This document shows positions 47,031-58,201 of a stretch of 59,460 nucleotides of DNA, one piece after another. Every line of letters starts with the position of its first letter. The stretch's first letter is position 1. The stretch covers positions 1-59,460 of IMG/VR virus record IMGVR_UViG_3300033148_005420; one strand, written 5' to 3'. The stretch is from a virus (Duplodnaviria > Caudoviricetes). The position numbers and the translations under genes were made by a program. The notes beneath the pieces are model-generated. The model was not told the origin of the DNA and did no database searches. It saw only the letters and a list, made by a program, of their open reading frames with translations.

Positions 47031-50000
47031 TTACTTTTCGCCCCTTGCATAGCGGCTCATACCCCAGACGGCAAGCACCGGGTGCTTTGTTTGACCTGTA
47101 GACGCATCATACCATCCTTCAAGTGTTCTTTTTACTGGTTTGTAACCAACGCCTGTTCCGTAGGACAGCAAGGTAGCCGCAGAATCGGCCAGGGCCAACA
47201 ATGCTTCGCCGTCTTGATCCTCCACGATGTATCGCTTGCCGTCTTCAACCAATTCTGATAAGCTTTTCCCTATCTCTGTAACAGGGGAGTATGTAGGATT
47301 TTTGCCATAATGATACCCCTTCATGGTATTCCAAAGGCCTTCTGCTGTCTGTCCAATAAGGGGCATGCCCTTTGGCCCTGCCAGGACGATATCTCTCAAT
47401 AAGGTTTCTTTTAATCTTTCGTCGTCTTCATCATCTCCATGCCAAGCGCCCAAGCCACCTGCACCGATGACGGTAAAGATGCCCGGCAAGATAACCCCAA
47501 ACAGAGCAATCCTCTTGCTGGCTGACCTATAGTTCTTTTTTGGATCGGTTAGCAATGCCCTGAAGGAAGCCTGAAGCTGGTTTGTGTATAAAATATTACT
47601 GCTCAAAAACATCGTAAATAATTTGTTCCAACTCCCCCCCCGCTGAAAGTTAGTCTGGTTATAAATGGCCGAATCTTGCTGAGTTCTCCTGGCTGTCTTC
47701 TCGGTCAAGAAGTAAGCCTCTTCCGGGGTTTTTCCTTGGTCTTTGTAATACTTAAATACCGGGAAACTGCCGCCAATTACGCCCGCAGCGTCACCAATCC
47801 CGATAGGCAGCATCATCCAATCCGCAATATTTTTACTACCAGCAATGACGGCTTTGGTCTGCTTGGTTTTGGCAATTTTCATGTCTCGCTCAAAGCCCAG
47901 TTTCATGCGCCGGTCTATGAAATCCCAGTTTTTTACAAATTCCCGCACTTCTCTAGGGTGAGCCACGCCGTATGTAAAATTTTTAGCAAAAGCAGCAGAA
48001 GGGATATCCGCAGACATTGCCGGGATACTTGCCAATTGTTTGACAGGGGTAATCAGGGAGCCACCAAGCAAGGCGGTAGTCACGTTGGCACGGGCTTTGT
48101 CGGCCCAAGCGAAAGTGGTGCCACCTGGAACTTCAGCCATGTCTCTAAAGAAGAGCTTTAGCCCGTCCATGGTGTTTTTACCGTATTCGGCAATGATGCT
48201 AGACTGAACTTGGGGATCATTGAACGTGCCTGTGATAATCCCCATCGGCCCGGCCCACGCCTGGTAATGGGTCATACCCTTCATATGATCCATCATAACT
48301 TGGTCGGCATCCATAAGGCGGAAAGGCTGGTCCTCTTTTTCTATTTCCGAACTAGTTCCGTGCTTCAATCCTGCCTGCCTGGTGCGCTGAACACCAATAT
48401 CAAGACCGCCTGTTTCCCTGTGTAAGGGTACTTCGTTCGGGTTGTTCAGGATGCTGATTCCTTCGACATTCTGAATGACTTTCCCGGTATCTGCTTGAAG
48501 CTTGGGGTAAAATTCCTGCTGCTGCCAGTCTCCCCACTGTTTTTCTTCAGGGCTGAGGTAATTTTCTATATCTTTGAGGGTTTCCTCAGTCACGCCCATG
48601 GCATCCAGTCCAGATTGAGCCTCGTCAAAATTACTTAGCTGCCTGAGATATATCGCTTGACCAGGACCAATGTGGAAAGGTTCTTTCTTTTGCCCGGTCT
48701 GGGAATAACTGTAGACCTTATCTGTCGAGACTTCAGCCATTCGAGCCATGGCGGCCATCAGTTTCTTGCCAGAGCCAAACACCTCGGCTGCTTTGGTCTT
48801 AATAGTGTTCTCGACGATGGACAATTTTAACTGTTCTTCGCGTCTTGTTCCCCAAGCAGCAATGCCCTCAAACAGCTTCACAGTATCACTCTGAAGCATT
48901 CCTTTGCCTGATTTCCCCGCAATTTTGTTCAGGTAGAATCCAAGGATCATGTTGGAATTTTCTACATCAGTAACGAGCTTCTTGGCCCTGCCTGTCACCG
49001 TTTTTTCTTTCTCGGCAACCTGACTCATTTCGGCCCGAGAGTAATCTTTTGGATCCTGTTTACCTTGGACTTCCTGTCGAACCATCAAGGCGTTCTTATT
49101 GTTGAGTGCATTGCGCTGGTCTTGAATAACTCGCCAGGCGCCGGTACCGTTGGTTACTAGATCGTTTACAGCCTCTTTAGCACGGAGGATTTCAGCGTAT
49201 GACAACTTGCCAAAATCTCCAAAAACCGTGAGTAATTGCTTTTCAGAGTAATAATCCGCAAGATTTTCTTCGGCTTGAGCAATGCCCTCTTTGCTTGACT
49301 GAGGACTGCCGATTATTTCCTTTGATCGGTCAATTTTTTTATCAAGGGCTTCTTGCTGGTCAAGGATTGCCCCACGATCCATTTGTTTAGCTTTGCGGAT
49401 TAGACCCATGTCAGTCTTGAGATTCTTGCCCCTTTTACCCTGTCTTAGTTCAGGCTTGATTCTAGGCAATTGACTGCTACGGATTGTTTTGTCAAGATCC
49501 GCTTTTGTGGCTTCAAGCAGGGTGTCTTTCACTTTTTCAAACGCTCGTTTTTGTCGCTCGAATCCTGCTTTTGGATTAGAAATAATACCCAGAGCTTGTG
49601 TTAAATCGCCCTGAACCTCTTCTGGCACCAACCCTTGAAATGCTTCAAGGGTTTCCTGCTTCTTTTTCATGGATGCTACTGGGCTTCTAGATACATTTCT
49701 CAGAGCGTGATAAGCCCCAATAAATTCCCGTTCTTTTTTGATTTCGGCTTGCTTCTCTGCTGTAACTTTACTGACCGCTTCACCGACAGCTTTGCTCACC
49801 CTAGCCATGTAGGACTTGCCCTGCTCCGGCGTTGCCCCCGAAGTGGTTCCGCCTGGAGCGGTGGCGTTCAGGTTCTCGGTATTATTCAACCGCTGCTGAA
49901 TGGCTTCAGGGGTCTTTGGTAGGTCGGCAAGAGAAAACTTAACCTTGGTATCCGTTTTCTGTTTCCTGGGCTTAGTATCAGCCTTGATAGCACTCTGAGC

Positions 50001-53000
50001 CAGCATCTGAAGATCAGCAGTTGTCAGTCTGCTGGTAAAGTATTTCGGAAAGAATCCCTTATTGATCAAGAATTGCTTTATGGCAGCAAAAAGCTTTCGA
50101 ATTAAGCCATGCTCAGGAGACATCGATGCAAGCCGGGCCAATCCCTCTTCTGTGACCTGTTCAGCAGGGGTGCTGTCGGGCACCTTGGCAAAAGCCGCAT
50201 TGATGTCGCTATCTGCTCCTGTTCCAAGGCGACTCTCGAGCTGTTTAAGTATTCGCTTAAATACTTTGCCATCATTAAAACCAAGCTTGCGAGCATGGAC
50301 ACCGAGTTCATGGGTAAGCACAGTAAGTGCTTGACCTTTAGCTATATTCTCCTTGACCAGCCAAACCTTACCATCTGGAAAAGTAAGCCCTTCGATTCGT
50401 TGGCCATCTTTGGAATACTTTGCCTCTGCTTCAGCATCTTTTTTGACTGCGGACAGGGCTTGTTCATTACTAACCAGTTCAAAAGCCTTGCCCTGCTGAA
50501 GCTTTTGGACAACCAGTTGCCCAAGGCTCTCGTTAAGCTCGTCAAGGATGTTGGCCTGCTCAGCCTTGGGCAATACGCCAGCTGCTTTTGACAGCTTAAC
50601 TCGTTCGGCAATCTCTGCTTGGACACGGGCTTTCAGCTCTGCCGCCTTAGCTCTGGAGCCTTTGCCCTTGATTCCTCCAGCTTGTGCAGGAGTAACCCCA
50701 GCCGTTTTCAGCTCCCCAGGTTTAACTTTTTTCACAAACTCGGGTTTTTCCTTCAGCTCTTTGTATTTTTTTCCATACTCTGCTTTTGCTTCCTTGGATG
50801 CGAATACTTTCGCCGCAGGGGCTCTCTTTACGCTAAAGCTCGTATCTCCAGCCTCGTTCCGCCAGGTGTGCCCCACCCCCTTATCTTTCAGGTTATCGAC
50901 CAATTCAGCAAGCATTTCGGCTTTTATAACCTTTTCTTCAATGCTGTATTGGTATTGTTCCGAACTTAACTTAACATGTTCCGTAGCTGCTTGAAGCAAC
51001 GTCTTTGGCCCGTATTGCGATGCGTGGCTTTTTCCAACTTTTACGGGCTGGATAGATAGAGACCTTTTGCCGGGCTTAGGATCGTACTCCATTTGGCCTT
51101 CAGCCTTAAATTTGGCCTTAAGGGCTTCGGTAGCATCATCACCTTTTTGATTAAGGATGATTACTTCTGCACCTACTTCGGGTTTTTTAATGGTGTATGG
51201 TCGGCCTTCAAACTGGACTTCTATTTCTGCCTGACCTTCCTTATCAAAGAGCTTTACAAGGTGCTGTTTACTCTCCTTAACAGAAGCTTTAGCATTATTT
51301 AAGTTTTGTTTTATCGTAGCAGCTTCAGATACAATTTTTTCAGTATTTTTCGGAAGAATTTTCTTGTATTCAGAACTGTCCGTCAAGCGGGGCATTTCCT
51401 TTGGGTTGCGAAACTCTTCTTGAAATTCCTTTGGAGTAAAGTCTTTCAGGTATGTTCGTTCGCCTTCGACACTTAACCCCTCTTTGAGCACCCGTGTGCC
51501 TAATTCTTTTTCTCTAACAGGAGCCTTTTCAGCCAACTCGGCGGAAGTCCTTGAGCTGGGAAAACCTTTAACGAGACCCAGTATCTCTTCTACTTTTCCG
51601 CCAAGGCGGATGACAGGGATTTCTCTGCCCGGTGAATCAGTAAGGCCTTTTACCCATTGATGATGACCGTCGATCACATGGCCATCGTCAGATACCAGAA
51701 TTGCTCTCTCCGTGCCAGTATACTCCCTTGCCTTCTGGATTTTTTCAGGGGAGAATTCTTTCTGAGTCGGCTTTAACTCTGTAGGAAGAACGGTCGTCTT
51801 GGCATACTCGACACCTCTAGAACGAAGGTAGTTCGCTAATGCTCCACGGTCTTCGGACTTGACTTGAGGCATTTCGGCACGGGGGATATTCAGCGTTTCG
51901 GTTTCTTTGCCAAATTCAACCCACTCTTCTTTTGATTCAGCTTGTTCTTTTATCTTGGCGGTAGCGGGTGTTTCTGCCTCAGTGGTGGTTACTGGTTCAG
52001 CCTCGGTCGGCATGGTTGTCTTGCTCAGGTCACGAACGAATTCTTTCTGCTCTGGTGTTCGCTTCTCTGGAGAAATTTTATTGATCCGGTCAACTTCTTC
52101 AGTTGTCCATTTCTTGACTTTCTCTTGATCGGTTAATTCCTGGCCGATCACATCCTTTTTGCTTCCAAGTGCCTCTTTGGTAACCGGGGCCGCAGCAGTC
52201 CCGGCCAAGGTCTCATCAAGAACAGGCTCCGCACCAGCAGCTTGAACACCTCGCTGTATAGCCGATTCAGCAGTACTTGGCGGGGCCTGCTGCGGCTGAG
52301 TGAAGAAATCAACCACATCCTTGTTTTGCTTCAAGGCTGCCTGCTCTTCAGGGATGTTCCGCTGCTGAATCTCTTCAATACTTTCCTTTACCGCTTGAAA
52401 CTCCTCGGTTCCTGGCTGGATCTGGCCCTGCTGGACGGCAAAGCGAGCTTGGTCAAAAGCATCCACGGTATCGGCCTGGAGTTGTGCAGAAAACCCTTCT
52501 GGCTCGATGGTTACGCCGGGAGGTTGGTCGGGTTGGATCGGTTGAGCCCCTTCGGCTGCTCTTTGTGTTGGGCCGGACGGGGGTAGTTGTGGTTGTTGGG
52601 CTAAACCCCCGGCAACGTTTGCCCCAGCACCCATCAGGCCACCTGTCAGCACCGCTTGGGCAGCGGATTCAGGTACGCCGTCCATGAGATCTTTTCCGGT
52701 AGCAGCATTCTTCCAGACCTGCTCCTGCATCTCCTGAGGCATTTCCTCAAACAGCCCTTCAGATACACCGCCGTAAACAATGGCCTTGGCCACATTTGAT
52801 GGTTTCTTGAGGGACGAGCCCGCAAGTAAGGTATCAATATCCGCAATGCCGAGTTTGCCAGCTACCCGGCCACCCGCTGCGCTGAATATGCCTGTGCCTA
52901 TACCAGCGGCCAAGGCGGCAGCTGACTGGGCAGGAGAGAGTAATTTGTTGTCTGTTTGGCTCCGAATGTCTTCAGCCACAAGTCCAGCAGAAACCAAACC

Positions 53001-53591
53001 TTCTCCCATTGCTCCTGCAATAACCGGGGCGATCCGTGGGGCCAATGCCGTGATACCTCGTCCTGCTGCACCACCAGCCACCATTAAGGGGGCTGATTCA
53101 GCCGCAGCTCTGGCAATAGTTGACGGATGCTGTAATGCTGCCTTGAGTGTGGGAACAAAGCCTTTTGCTTCGGAAACTTGCTGTTCGGCGTACTGCTGAG
53201 CTGGGGATAACTGGCCCGCAAGGATCCTTTGAGTTTCTTCAGGTTTGTACCCTAATCGCTCGGTTAACTTGCCAAAGTGGCCACCTGTGGGAATGTCGAT
53301 CAGCCCTTGAGCTGCTTGGGGCAGAGCAACAGCTCCTTTTAATGCCGTTACTCCAATATCCCGAAGAGTGCCGCCAAAAGTTCGCTCAGGTTGCTGAGGT
53401 GGCGCAAATTGCTGGGGCTGCTCAGTCTGTAACGGCTGGACAGGTTGGGGCAAGGTGGCGGCGTACGACTGTCCGTATGCACGCTCAGAGGCTAAACCTT
53501 CCTGTGGGCCTGCTGGGAGGGGGGCAAAAGTCCTTATTGGCTGGACGGGCTGCTGAGGAAGGAATGTTTTTTTCTTTTTATTAATTGGCAT
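47031..53591 (-). CDS. Large polyvalent / DNA-ejection protein, 2186 aa
   Basis: N-terminal Ala/Gly hydrophobic region with EGLFEEMPQE; ParB-like ILVSDDGHVIDGHHQW; zincin-like THELGVH...EE; large helical C-terminus. Confidence 0.8.
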   Translation of the reverse strand: MPINKKKKTFLPQQPVQPIRTFAPLPAGPQEGLASERAYGQSYAATLPQPVQPLQTEQPQQFAPPQQPERTFGGTLRDIGVTALKGAVALPQAAQGLIDIPTGGHFGKLTERLGYKPEETQRILAGQLSPAQQYAEQQVSEAKGFVPTLKAALQHPSTIARAAAESAPLMVAGGAAGRGITALAPRIAPVIAGAMGEGLVSAGLVAEDIRSQTDNKLLSPAQSAAALAAGIGTGIFSAAGGRVAGKLGIADIDTLLAGSSLKKPSNVAKAIVYGGVSEGLFEEMPQEMQEQVWKNAATGKDLMDGVPESAAQAVLTGGLMGAGANVAGGLAQQPQLPPSGPTQRAAEGAQPIQPDQPPGVTIEPEGFSAQLQADTVDAFDQARFAVQQGQIQPGTEEFQAVKESIEEIQQRNIPEEQAALKQNKDVVDFFTQPQQAPPSTAESAIQRGVQAAGAEPVLDETLAGTAAAPVTKEALGSKKDVIGQELTDQEKVKKWTTEEVDRINKISPEKRTPEQKEFVRDLSKTTMPTEAEPVTTTEAETPATAKIKEQAESKEEWVEFGKETETLNIPRAEMPQVKSEDRGALANYLRSRGVEYAKTTVLPTELKPTQKEFSPEKIQKAREYTGTERAILVSDDGHVIDGHHQWVKGLTDSPGREIPVIRLGGKVEEILGLVKGFPSSRTSAELAEKAPVREKELGTRVLKEGLSVEGERTYLKDFTPKEFQEEFRNPKEMPRLTDSSEYKKILPKNTEKIVSEAATIKQNLNNAKASVKESKQHLVKLFDKEGQAEIEVQFEGRPYTIKKPEVGAEVIILNQKGDDATEALKAKFKAEGQMEYDPKPGKRSLSIQPVKVGKSHASQYGPKTLLQAATEHVKLSSEQYQYSIEEKVIKAEMLAELVDNLKDKGVGHTWRNEAGDTSFSVKRAPAAKVFASKEAKAEYGKKYKELKEKPEFVKKVKPGELKTAGVTPAQAGGIKGKGSRAKAAELKARVQAEIAERVKLSKAAGVLPKAEQANILDELNESLGQLVVQKLQQGKAFELVSNEQALSAVKKDAEAEAKYSKDGQRIEGLTFPDGKVWLVKENIAKGQALTVLTHELGVHARKLGFNDGKVFKRILKQLESRLGTGADSDINAAFAKVPDSTPAEQVTEEGLARLASMSPEHGLIRKLFAAIKQFLINKGFFPKYFTSRLTTADLQMLAQSAIKADTKPRKQKTDTKVKFSLADLPKTPEAIQQRLNNTENLNATAPGGTTSGATPEQGKSYMARVSKAVGEAVSKVTAEKQAEIKKEREFIGAYHALRNVSRSPVASMKKKQETLEAFQGLVPEEVQGDLTQALGIISNPKAGFERQKRAFEKVKDTLLEATKADLDKTIRSSQLPRIKPELRQGKRGKNLKTDMGLIRKAKQMDRGAILDQQEALDKKIDRSKEIIGSPQSSKEGIAQAEENLADYYSEKQLLTVFGDFGKLSYAEILRAKEAVNDLVTNGTGAWRVIQDQRNALNNKNALMVRQEVQGKQDPKDYSRAEMSQVAEKEKTVTGRAKKLVTDVENSNMILGFYLNKIAGKSGKGMLQSDTVKLFEGIAAWGTRREEQLKLSIVENTIKTKAAEVFGSGKKLMAAMARMAEVSTDKVYSYSQTGQKKEPFHIGPGQAIYLRQLSNFDEAQSGLDAMGVTEETLKDIENYLSPEEKQWGDWQQQEFYPKLQADTGKVIQNVEGISILNNPNEVPLHRETGGLDIGVQRTRQAGLKHGTSSEIEKEDQPFRLMDADQVMMDHMKGMTHYQAWAGPMGIITGTFNDPQVQSSIIAEYGKNTMDGLKLFFRDMAEVPGGTTFAWADKARANVTTALLGGSLITPVKQLASIPAMSADIPSAAFAKNFTYGVAHPREVREFVKNWDFIDRRMKLGFERDMKIAKTKQTKAVIAGSKNIADWMMLPIGIGDAAGVIGGSFPVFKYYKDQGKTPEEAYFLTEKTARRTQQDSAIYNQTNFQRGGSWNKLFTMFLSSNILYTNQLQASFRALLTDPKKNYRSASKRIALFGVILPGIFTVIGAGGLGAWHGDDEDDERLKETLLRDIVLAGPKGMPLIGQTAEGLWNTMKGYHYGKNPTYSPVTEIGKSLSELVEDGKRYIVEDQDGEALLALADSAATLLSYGTGVGYKPVKRTLEGWYDASTGQTKHPVLAVWGMSRYARGEK

Positions 53592-53592
53592 A

Positions 53593-54558
53593 TTACTGAG
53601 CTAAAGCACGTCTTTTTTTAGGCTTCTTCACGCTGCCGAGAAAACCACTTGTTCCAGGGCTGAATGGCGAAATACTCTTGGTTTGCCCGGTACCAGCTTG
53701 TGGCCATTGAGCCCCTTGAGGAGCAGCTGTAAAACTTGAGGGCTGAAACTGAGGGAGATTGGCCACTGGTTGCACTTGAGAAAAAGGAGCTACCGCAGGC
53801 GGCTGAGCAGATTGAACAGGCTGCTGTCCAAAAGAAGGCACGGCCTGCGCTTGGCTCCCGGTGGTCGTGAAACTCCTGGTACCGCCAACTTGTGGCAACT
53901 CCTGGAGCATGTCTGGCTGGGCCATGGTTTGGGCAGGCTGGGGGAGCTGGGCAGGCTGGTATTTAGCCATTTGGTCTTGGATGTATTTTTGCACCCCACC
54001 GTGTTCAACGTCTTCTGCGCCAAAGCCCATAAAACCACCTTCGGAAGTGGTGCCGTACTGGCCCCGTAAAGCCTTTCCGCCTTCTTCGGGATCGTAATAC
54101 TGTTTCCATAAACGGCTCTCCACGTCAGCTCGCTGTTTGCTGGACATGGCTCCCGGCACTCCCTTCGCCCTCGCTATCGGGGGCTTACCCTGTTGCAACC
54201 TGATAGCCTGCTGGCCCTTAGCACCTATCTCGGCAAGGGGTTGCCTACCCGCCGCTTGCTGCCGTTGCAGAGCCTGCTGGCCTTGCTGCCTCTGGAGGCC
54301 TGCTTGAGCAGCGGTGGACGCACGTTGTTGTTGCTGCTGCTGGCCTGCTCCGACAAGCTGCTCTGCTCTTCGTGCCTGCCGAGAGCGTGCATCCTTCATG
54401 AACTCCCGCTTGTTCCGGGCAGCAATAGCTTTTCCAGCTGCTCCAGAGTATCCGGGGGCGGTGTCCATGGAGCGGGGGGCTTTCGGAAGGGCTAGATATT
54501 CTTTTTTAGCTTTCTCTTTGGCCCACTTGTTACGTAGTTGAGAAACAGACTCAGGCAT
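53593..54558 (-). CDS. Gln/Pro/Ala-rich internal virion (ejection) protein candidate
   Basis: Low-complexity ORF directly upstream of the giant protein. Confidence 0.6.
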   Translation of the reverse strand: MPESVSQLRNKWAKEKAKKEYLALPKAPRSMDTAPGYSGAAGKAIAARNKREFMKDARSRQARRAEQLVGAGQQQQQQRASTAAQAGLQRQQGQQALQRQQAAGRQPLAEIGAKGQQAIRLQQGKPPIARAKGVPGAMSSKQRADVESRLWKQYYDPEEGGKALRGQYGTTSEGGFMGFGAEDVEHGGVQKYIQDQMAKYQPAQLPQPAQTMAQPDMLQELPQVGGTRSFTTTGSQAQAVPSFGQQPVQSAQPPAVAPFSQVQPVANLPQFQPSSFTAAPQGAQWPQAGTGQTKSISPFSPGTSGFLGSVKKPKKRRALAQ

Positions 54559-54601
54559 ATTATTATTTCAGCCCTGATTGGGAGTCAGGGCTGATCCTTG
54601 G

Positions 54602-55135
54602 TTATTTGTTGCGTTTTTGGTAGAGTTTCCAATGCAGTTCGGTGCAGAATAAATCAACACCCGTGCAATCTTCTTTGTGGGCCACGTAAGGGTGTTTCAC
54701 GGAAGAGATAGTCCTGTCACAGTGGGGACAATGGAGATTAAGGGGAGGATTGTCGTTCAGTCGATAGTCCCCGTAATTACGATGCCTTTCGAGAGCATTG
54801 TTCAGGTCAACCTCAGCTTGCTCCAATCTTTTTCTTAAGTCATCACATTCGGCTTCCAGTCGGGCATTGTCTCCGATTGATTCAAGGAAAGAACATACTT
54901 CTCAACCAAGACAGCGTGTTTATCGCCAATATCCTTGGAATTCTCTACCTGACGAGTGAAGCCGATCTTCCATGAGTTTGCATGAGCATTGGCATTGGTA
55001 AGTTTCGTTAAGTTCTCGTTAACCTGGGCCATTAAATGGGTTGAGATTGCAGGTGGTCGCTGGAGGGGAAGATCGTTAAGTTTCCTCTTGGTTTCTCGTA
55101 GCTGCGTTATTAAATCTTCAGACGTTGGGTTCATT
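54602..55135 (-). other. Two small hypothetical CDSs (54602-54826; 54835-~55135)
   Basis: Short ORFs inserted between virion genes; the second likely starts at MNPTSEDL. Confidence 0.5.
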
Positions 55136-55144
55136 TTGACCCTC

Positions 55145-57355
55145 TCAATAATAAGTTTTCCAAACATCATCAGGGGTATTATACAACTCAGGTGCCCCAC
55201 TAACAACCCCATTATCTTTTTTAATAATATCCGATCCGTAAAAATAGTCAATTACGCCTGAATCAGGATCATGACAGCACCGACCAAATGCAAGCCAACC
55301 ATTCTTGCGCTTCTGCACCCATGCTGTATCCCTGGCATGTTGGTACATCATGTACCCCGGATCGCCAGTCAGATTGATAGCGCCAGTACTGACCATTAAC
55401 GGTACCGAGTTAACAGCCTCGTCAAGCGGAGTCGTTGGATAAAAAACACCATCGGCAGAGTTATGATTATAACATCCTGGCTGCCCTAACCCGCTCATGG
55501 GAAACAGTAAGCCACTTAAGAAAGATCCTTTCCACTGCTTTTCTGTGTGGTCAAAGGTTTCTTCACCGGTGAAGCCGGTGCTAAAGGGGTGTACAGGGAA
55601 ATCAATCAAGCTGTCACCCCACGGCGGTATATTCACCGCTGCGCCATCCTGCTGCTCAAAAGGGGTGTATGACCAAATCAGATATTCCGCACCGTTATCA
55701 ATAACGACCCTTTCAACTCGCTGGATACTATAGGCGTAATCTTTTATGTACACATCACAGATAAGTAGCCGATTAATGAGGTCGACATGATGAATGAAAT
55801 AATATCTCTGGTTCCATGTCTCGGAACCAGGGTCAGACTCGCTCAGGTCTTCGCCGTCAAAAAAGATGTTAAAAGTCGAGGTGAACATGGTTATCCCAGA
55901 AATACGGTGAGCTATCTCGATTGATAATTCCTGACTGGCGCTCATTGTAGGATTGGCATCAGTATAATCTGCCCTGATAAGATCTATGTAACTTATTTTT
56001 GGTCTTTTCGTGAATGGATTTTGCCCATCAGTGCAGACCAAGAAATCCTGAGCATCCTGCCCAGCGTGGTTCATTGATGAAGTTTGGATCCACTCGTTGT
56101 AGCTCCCGGGAGTCAAGGCGTTGTCCGTACCTGTGTTGTTTATCTCAAGGATGTATTCAGAATTATATTCGGTTGTTATATAGCTAAAGGTGATATCAAA
56201 ATCAGGAACTCCTAGGATAGTTTTTTCCTCCGATTCCTCTTTGACTGTTACCGTTACAACGCCGTCAACCACATGATATACGTTCCCCACGTACCATTGA
56301 TCGTAGTCATCATCTATATAAGATTCTTTCTTGTAATCCACAAAACCGAAATGGAGCTTAAAACTTGTTCCGGCATCCTCTGGGCAAAAAAGAATATTGG
56401 GCACCCAGTTACCTGTTCTGACTTCTTCGGGGTTGGCGGCAACGGTTCCCCAGGGTCTTGCTATTGTGAAAACCTCTTTGAAATACTTGTCAATCCTTAC
56501 AAAATCCCTGGTATGCGAAAACATGCCATAACCAATATCTGAGGGAGTCACGTAAAACACCAAGTCAGGCAGGTAATCCTCATAATCAGATGTTGCCGGT
56601 TCAAGCTCTCCTGGCTGGACTTCTAACCGGATTGATGGCTGAGGCGTGGGGAATAGCACTGATGGTTTTCTGGCAAAGTCCCAGCCTGTCCAAATTCCGT
56701 TGCATGACCCTCTTCGCCAAGTCCAATTGGTCAGGTTTACTATACTGGGTGTTATCCCGACGTGAACAGGATATGACTGGTTAAAGAGGCCAGATGTTAA
56801 AGTTATTTGGGGTAGGTGGAAATTTGGCCAGTATAAATTGAGGTTGATGAAATCATTAGCATAAGAACCTTTGTCGTAAGGGGAGACAGGTACTTCCAGC
56901 TCGACAACCGAGAAATCATCCAGCAAAAACCGGCGAATATCATCCTTTATCCATAAAATAGGCCCTGCTGAATGATTATCGAGCAGGTCAACCCATTGAG
57001 CATTGTCAATCTCCCTACCGGTGTAAAACTTGTTCGAAACCAGTGAAGTATACGGACTAGAAGCGGGCATTAAGGAGCCAACTACCCAGTAATCAGTTCC
57101 GTTTTTAAAGACTGATACTTTTTCCCCGACCATTATGTACCGGGCGGAAACTAGTTGGCATGGATAGGATTCGGTTTCTGTGTCGTAAGGAACTGCGGGG
57201 TGGTAGTAGGTCTTTGCGGTGACTTCTTGGGCGGGGGACTTGGTGATAATTCGGATTGCCATTTCTGGCCCTGAAAACGAAACAGCCACTACTTCACCGA
57301 TGTGAAGCAGTGGCATGTCACCGGCGTTGAGCTGTAGAGGGGTGTAGGTTGTCAA
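55145..57355 (-). CDS. Putative virion/tail protein, 736 aa
   Basis: Long acidic, aromatic-rich beta-type ORF in the structural arm. Confidence 0.6.
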   Translation of the reverse strand: MTTYTPLQLNAGDMPLLHIGEVVAVSFSGPEMAIRIITKSPAQEVTAKTYYHPAVPYDTETESYPCQLVSARYIMVGEKVSVFKNGTDYWVVGSLMPASSPYTSLVSNKFYTGREIDNAQWVDLLDNHSAGPILWIKDDIRRFLLDDFSVVELEVPVSPYDKGSYANDFINLNLYWPNFHLPQITLTSGLFNQSYPVHVGITPSIVNLTNWTWRRGSCNGIWTGWDFARKPSVLFPTPQPSIRLEVQPGELEPATSDYEDYLPDLVFYVTPSDIGYGMFSHTRDFVRIDKYFKEVFTIARPWGTVAANPEEVRTGNWVPNILFCPEDAGTSFKLHFGFVDYKKESYIDDDYDQWYVGNVYHVVDGVVTVTVKEESEEKTILGVPDFDITFSYITTEYNSEYILEINNTGTDNALTPGSYNEWIQTSSMNHAGQDAQDFLVCTDGQNPFTKRPKISYIDLIRADYTDANPTMSASQELSIEIAHRISGITMFTSTFNIFFDGEDLSESDPGSETWNQRYYFIHHVDLINRLLICDVYIKDYAYSIQRVERVVIDNGAEYLIWSYTPFEQQDGAAVNIPPWGDSLIDFPVHPFSTGFTGEETFDHTEKQWKGSFLSGLLFPMSGLGQPGCYNHNSADGVFYPTTPLDEAVNSVPLMVSTGAINLTGDPGYMMYQHARDTAWVQKRKNGWLAFGRCCHDPDSGVIDYFYGSDIIKKDNGVVSGAPELYNTPDDVWKTYY

Positions 57356-57956
57356 GGGATGCCTTGTTCTATTATATTAACACTGTCAATAACACAAACA
57401 ATACCCTTTATTTTGGGGTTATGCCGATTATATAGGAAGAACTCTTTATCAGTTTTTAATTGGCAACTATTCTCGTGCGTGATATCGATACTGATAAGCC
57501 CTGGCTTACTTTCTGCTATCTGGTTTACCAGCTTGCCTATTGTCAGATAATCTGATCTATCTGGCTCGTTCATGACTTTACCTCAACGAAAGTTCCTGCG
57601 CCAATCTCGTAATTGTTCCCTTCCGAGCACATATAGCTCCCGTACCCGAAAGACCGACCGACAAACCTGAAAGAAGGAAACCAAGCCCCTTCCTCTATCA
57701 GTCCTAGCCGTTTCTTTTTCGATATACCTTTGTTCCGATAGAATAAAGCATAATCCTCATCAAGGTACTTGCTCCATAATACAGCACCTTCTATCACATC
57801 AGCCTCGGTTGCGACTCGTAAATTGCTAGGGATGGGTAACTCAGCCATGCTTATGTCTAGACTGGACCTCTTTCTCTCTAGCCTCAAAATCTCTCGGTCT
57901 ATATCGGCTTGTTCAGATAGAAGGTCGTCCATTTCTTTCACAATCTCAACTCCCAT
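57352..57956 (-). other. Two small hypothetical CDSs (57352-57573; 57570-57956)
   Basis: Coupled ORFs downstream of rha. Confidence 0.55.
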
Positions 57957-58201
57957 TGAGTGTCCAATTTAAAAGAAACACGGCAGATGGTTGGAAATCC
58001 ACCCCTCCCTGGTACTAGTTGTCCAGGAAGTTAGCCGTGTTGAGTTTGCTTATAAGCTTATCGTGATAGTATTTCCTTTTTTCACAATAAGAGCTGATAT
58101 TTTATTCCACTTGTTGTTGTGGAAGGTGTAGAACTCCTGTTTTTCGACATCTACCATATAGCTTACCCTTGTCAGTCGCATAGGGCTATCGGATTTTTCG
58201 T

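Noticed and set aside
44023-57355. Diversity-generating retroelement acting on the fibre or tail genes
   Set aside because: No reverse transcriptase ORF, and no adenine-variant TR/VR pair was noticed.
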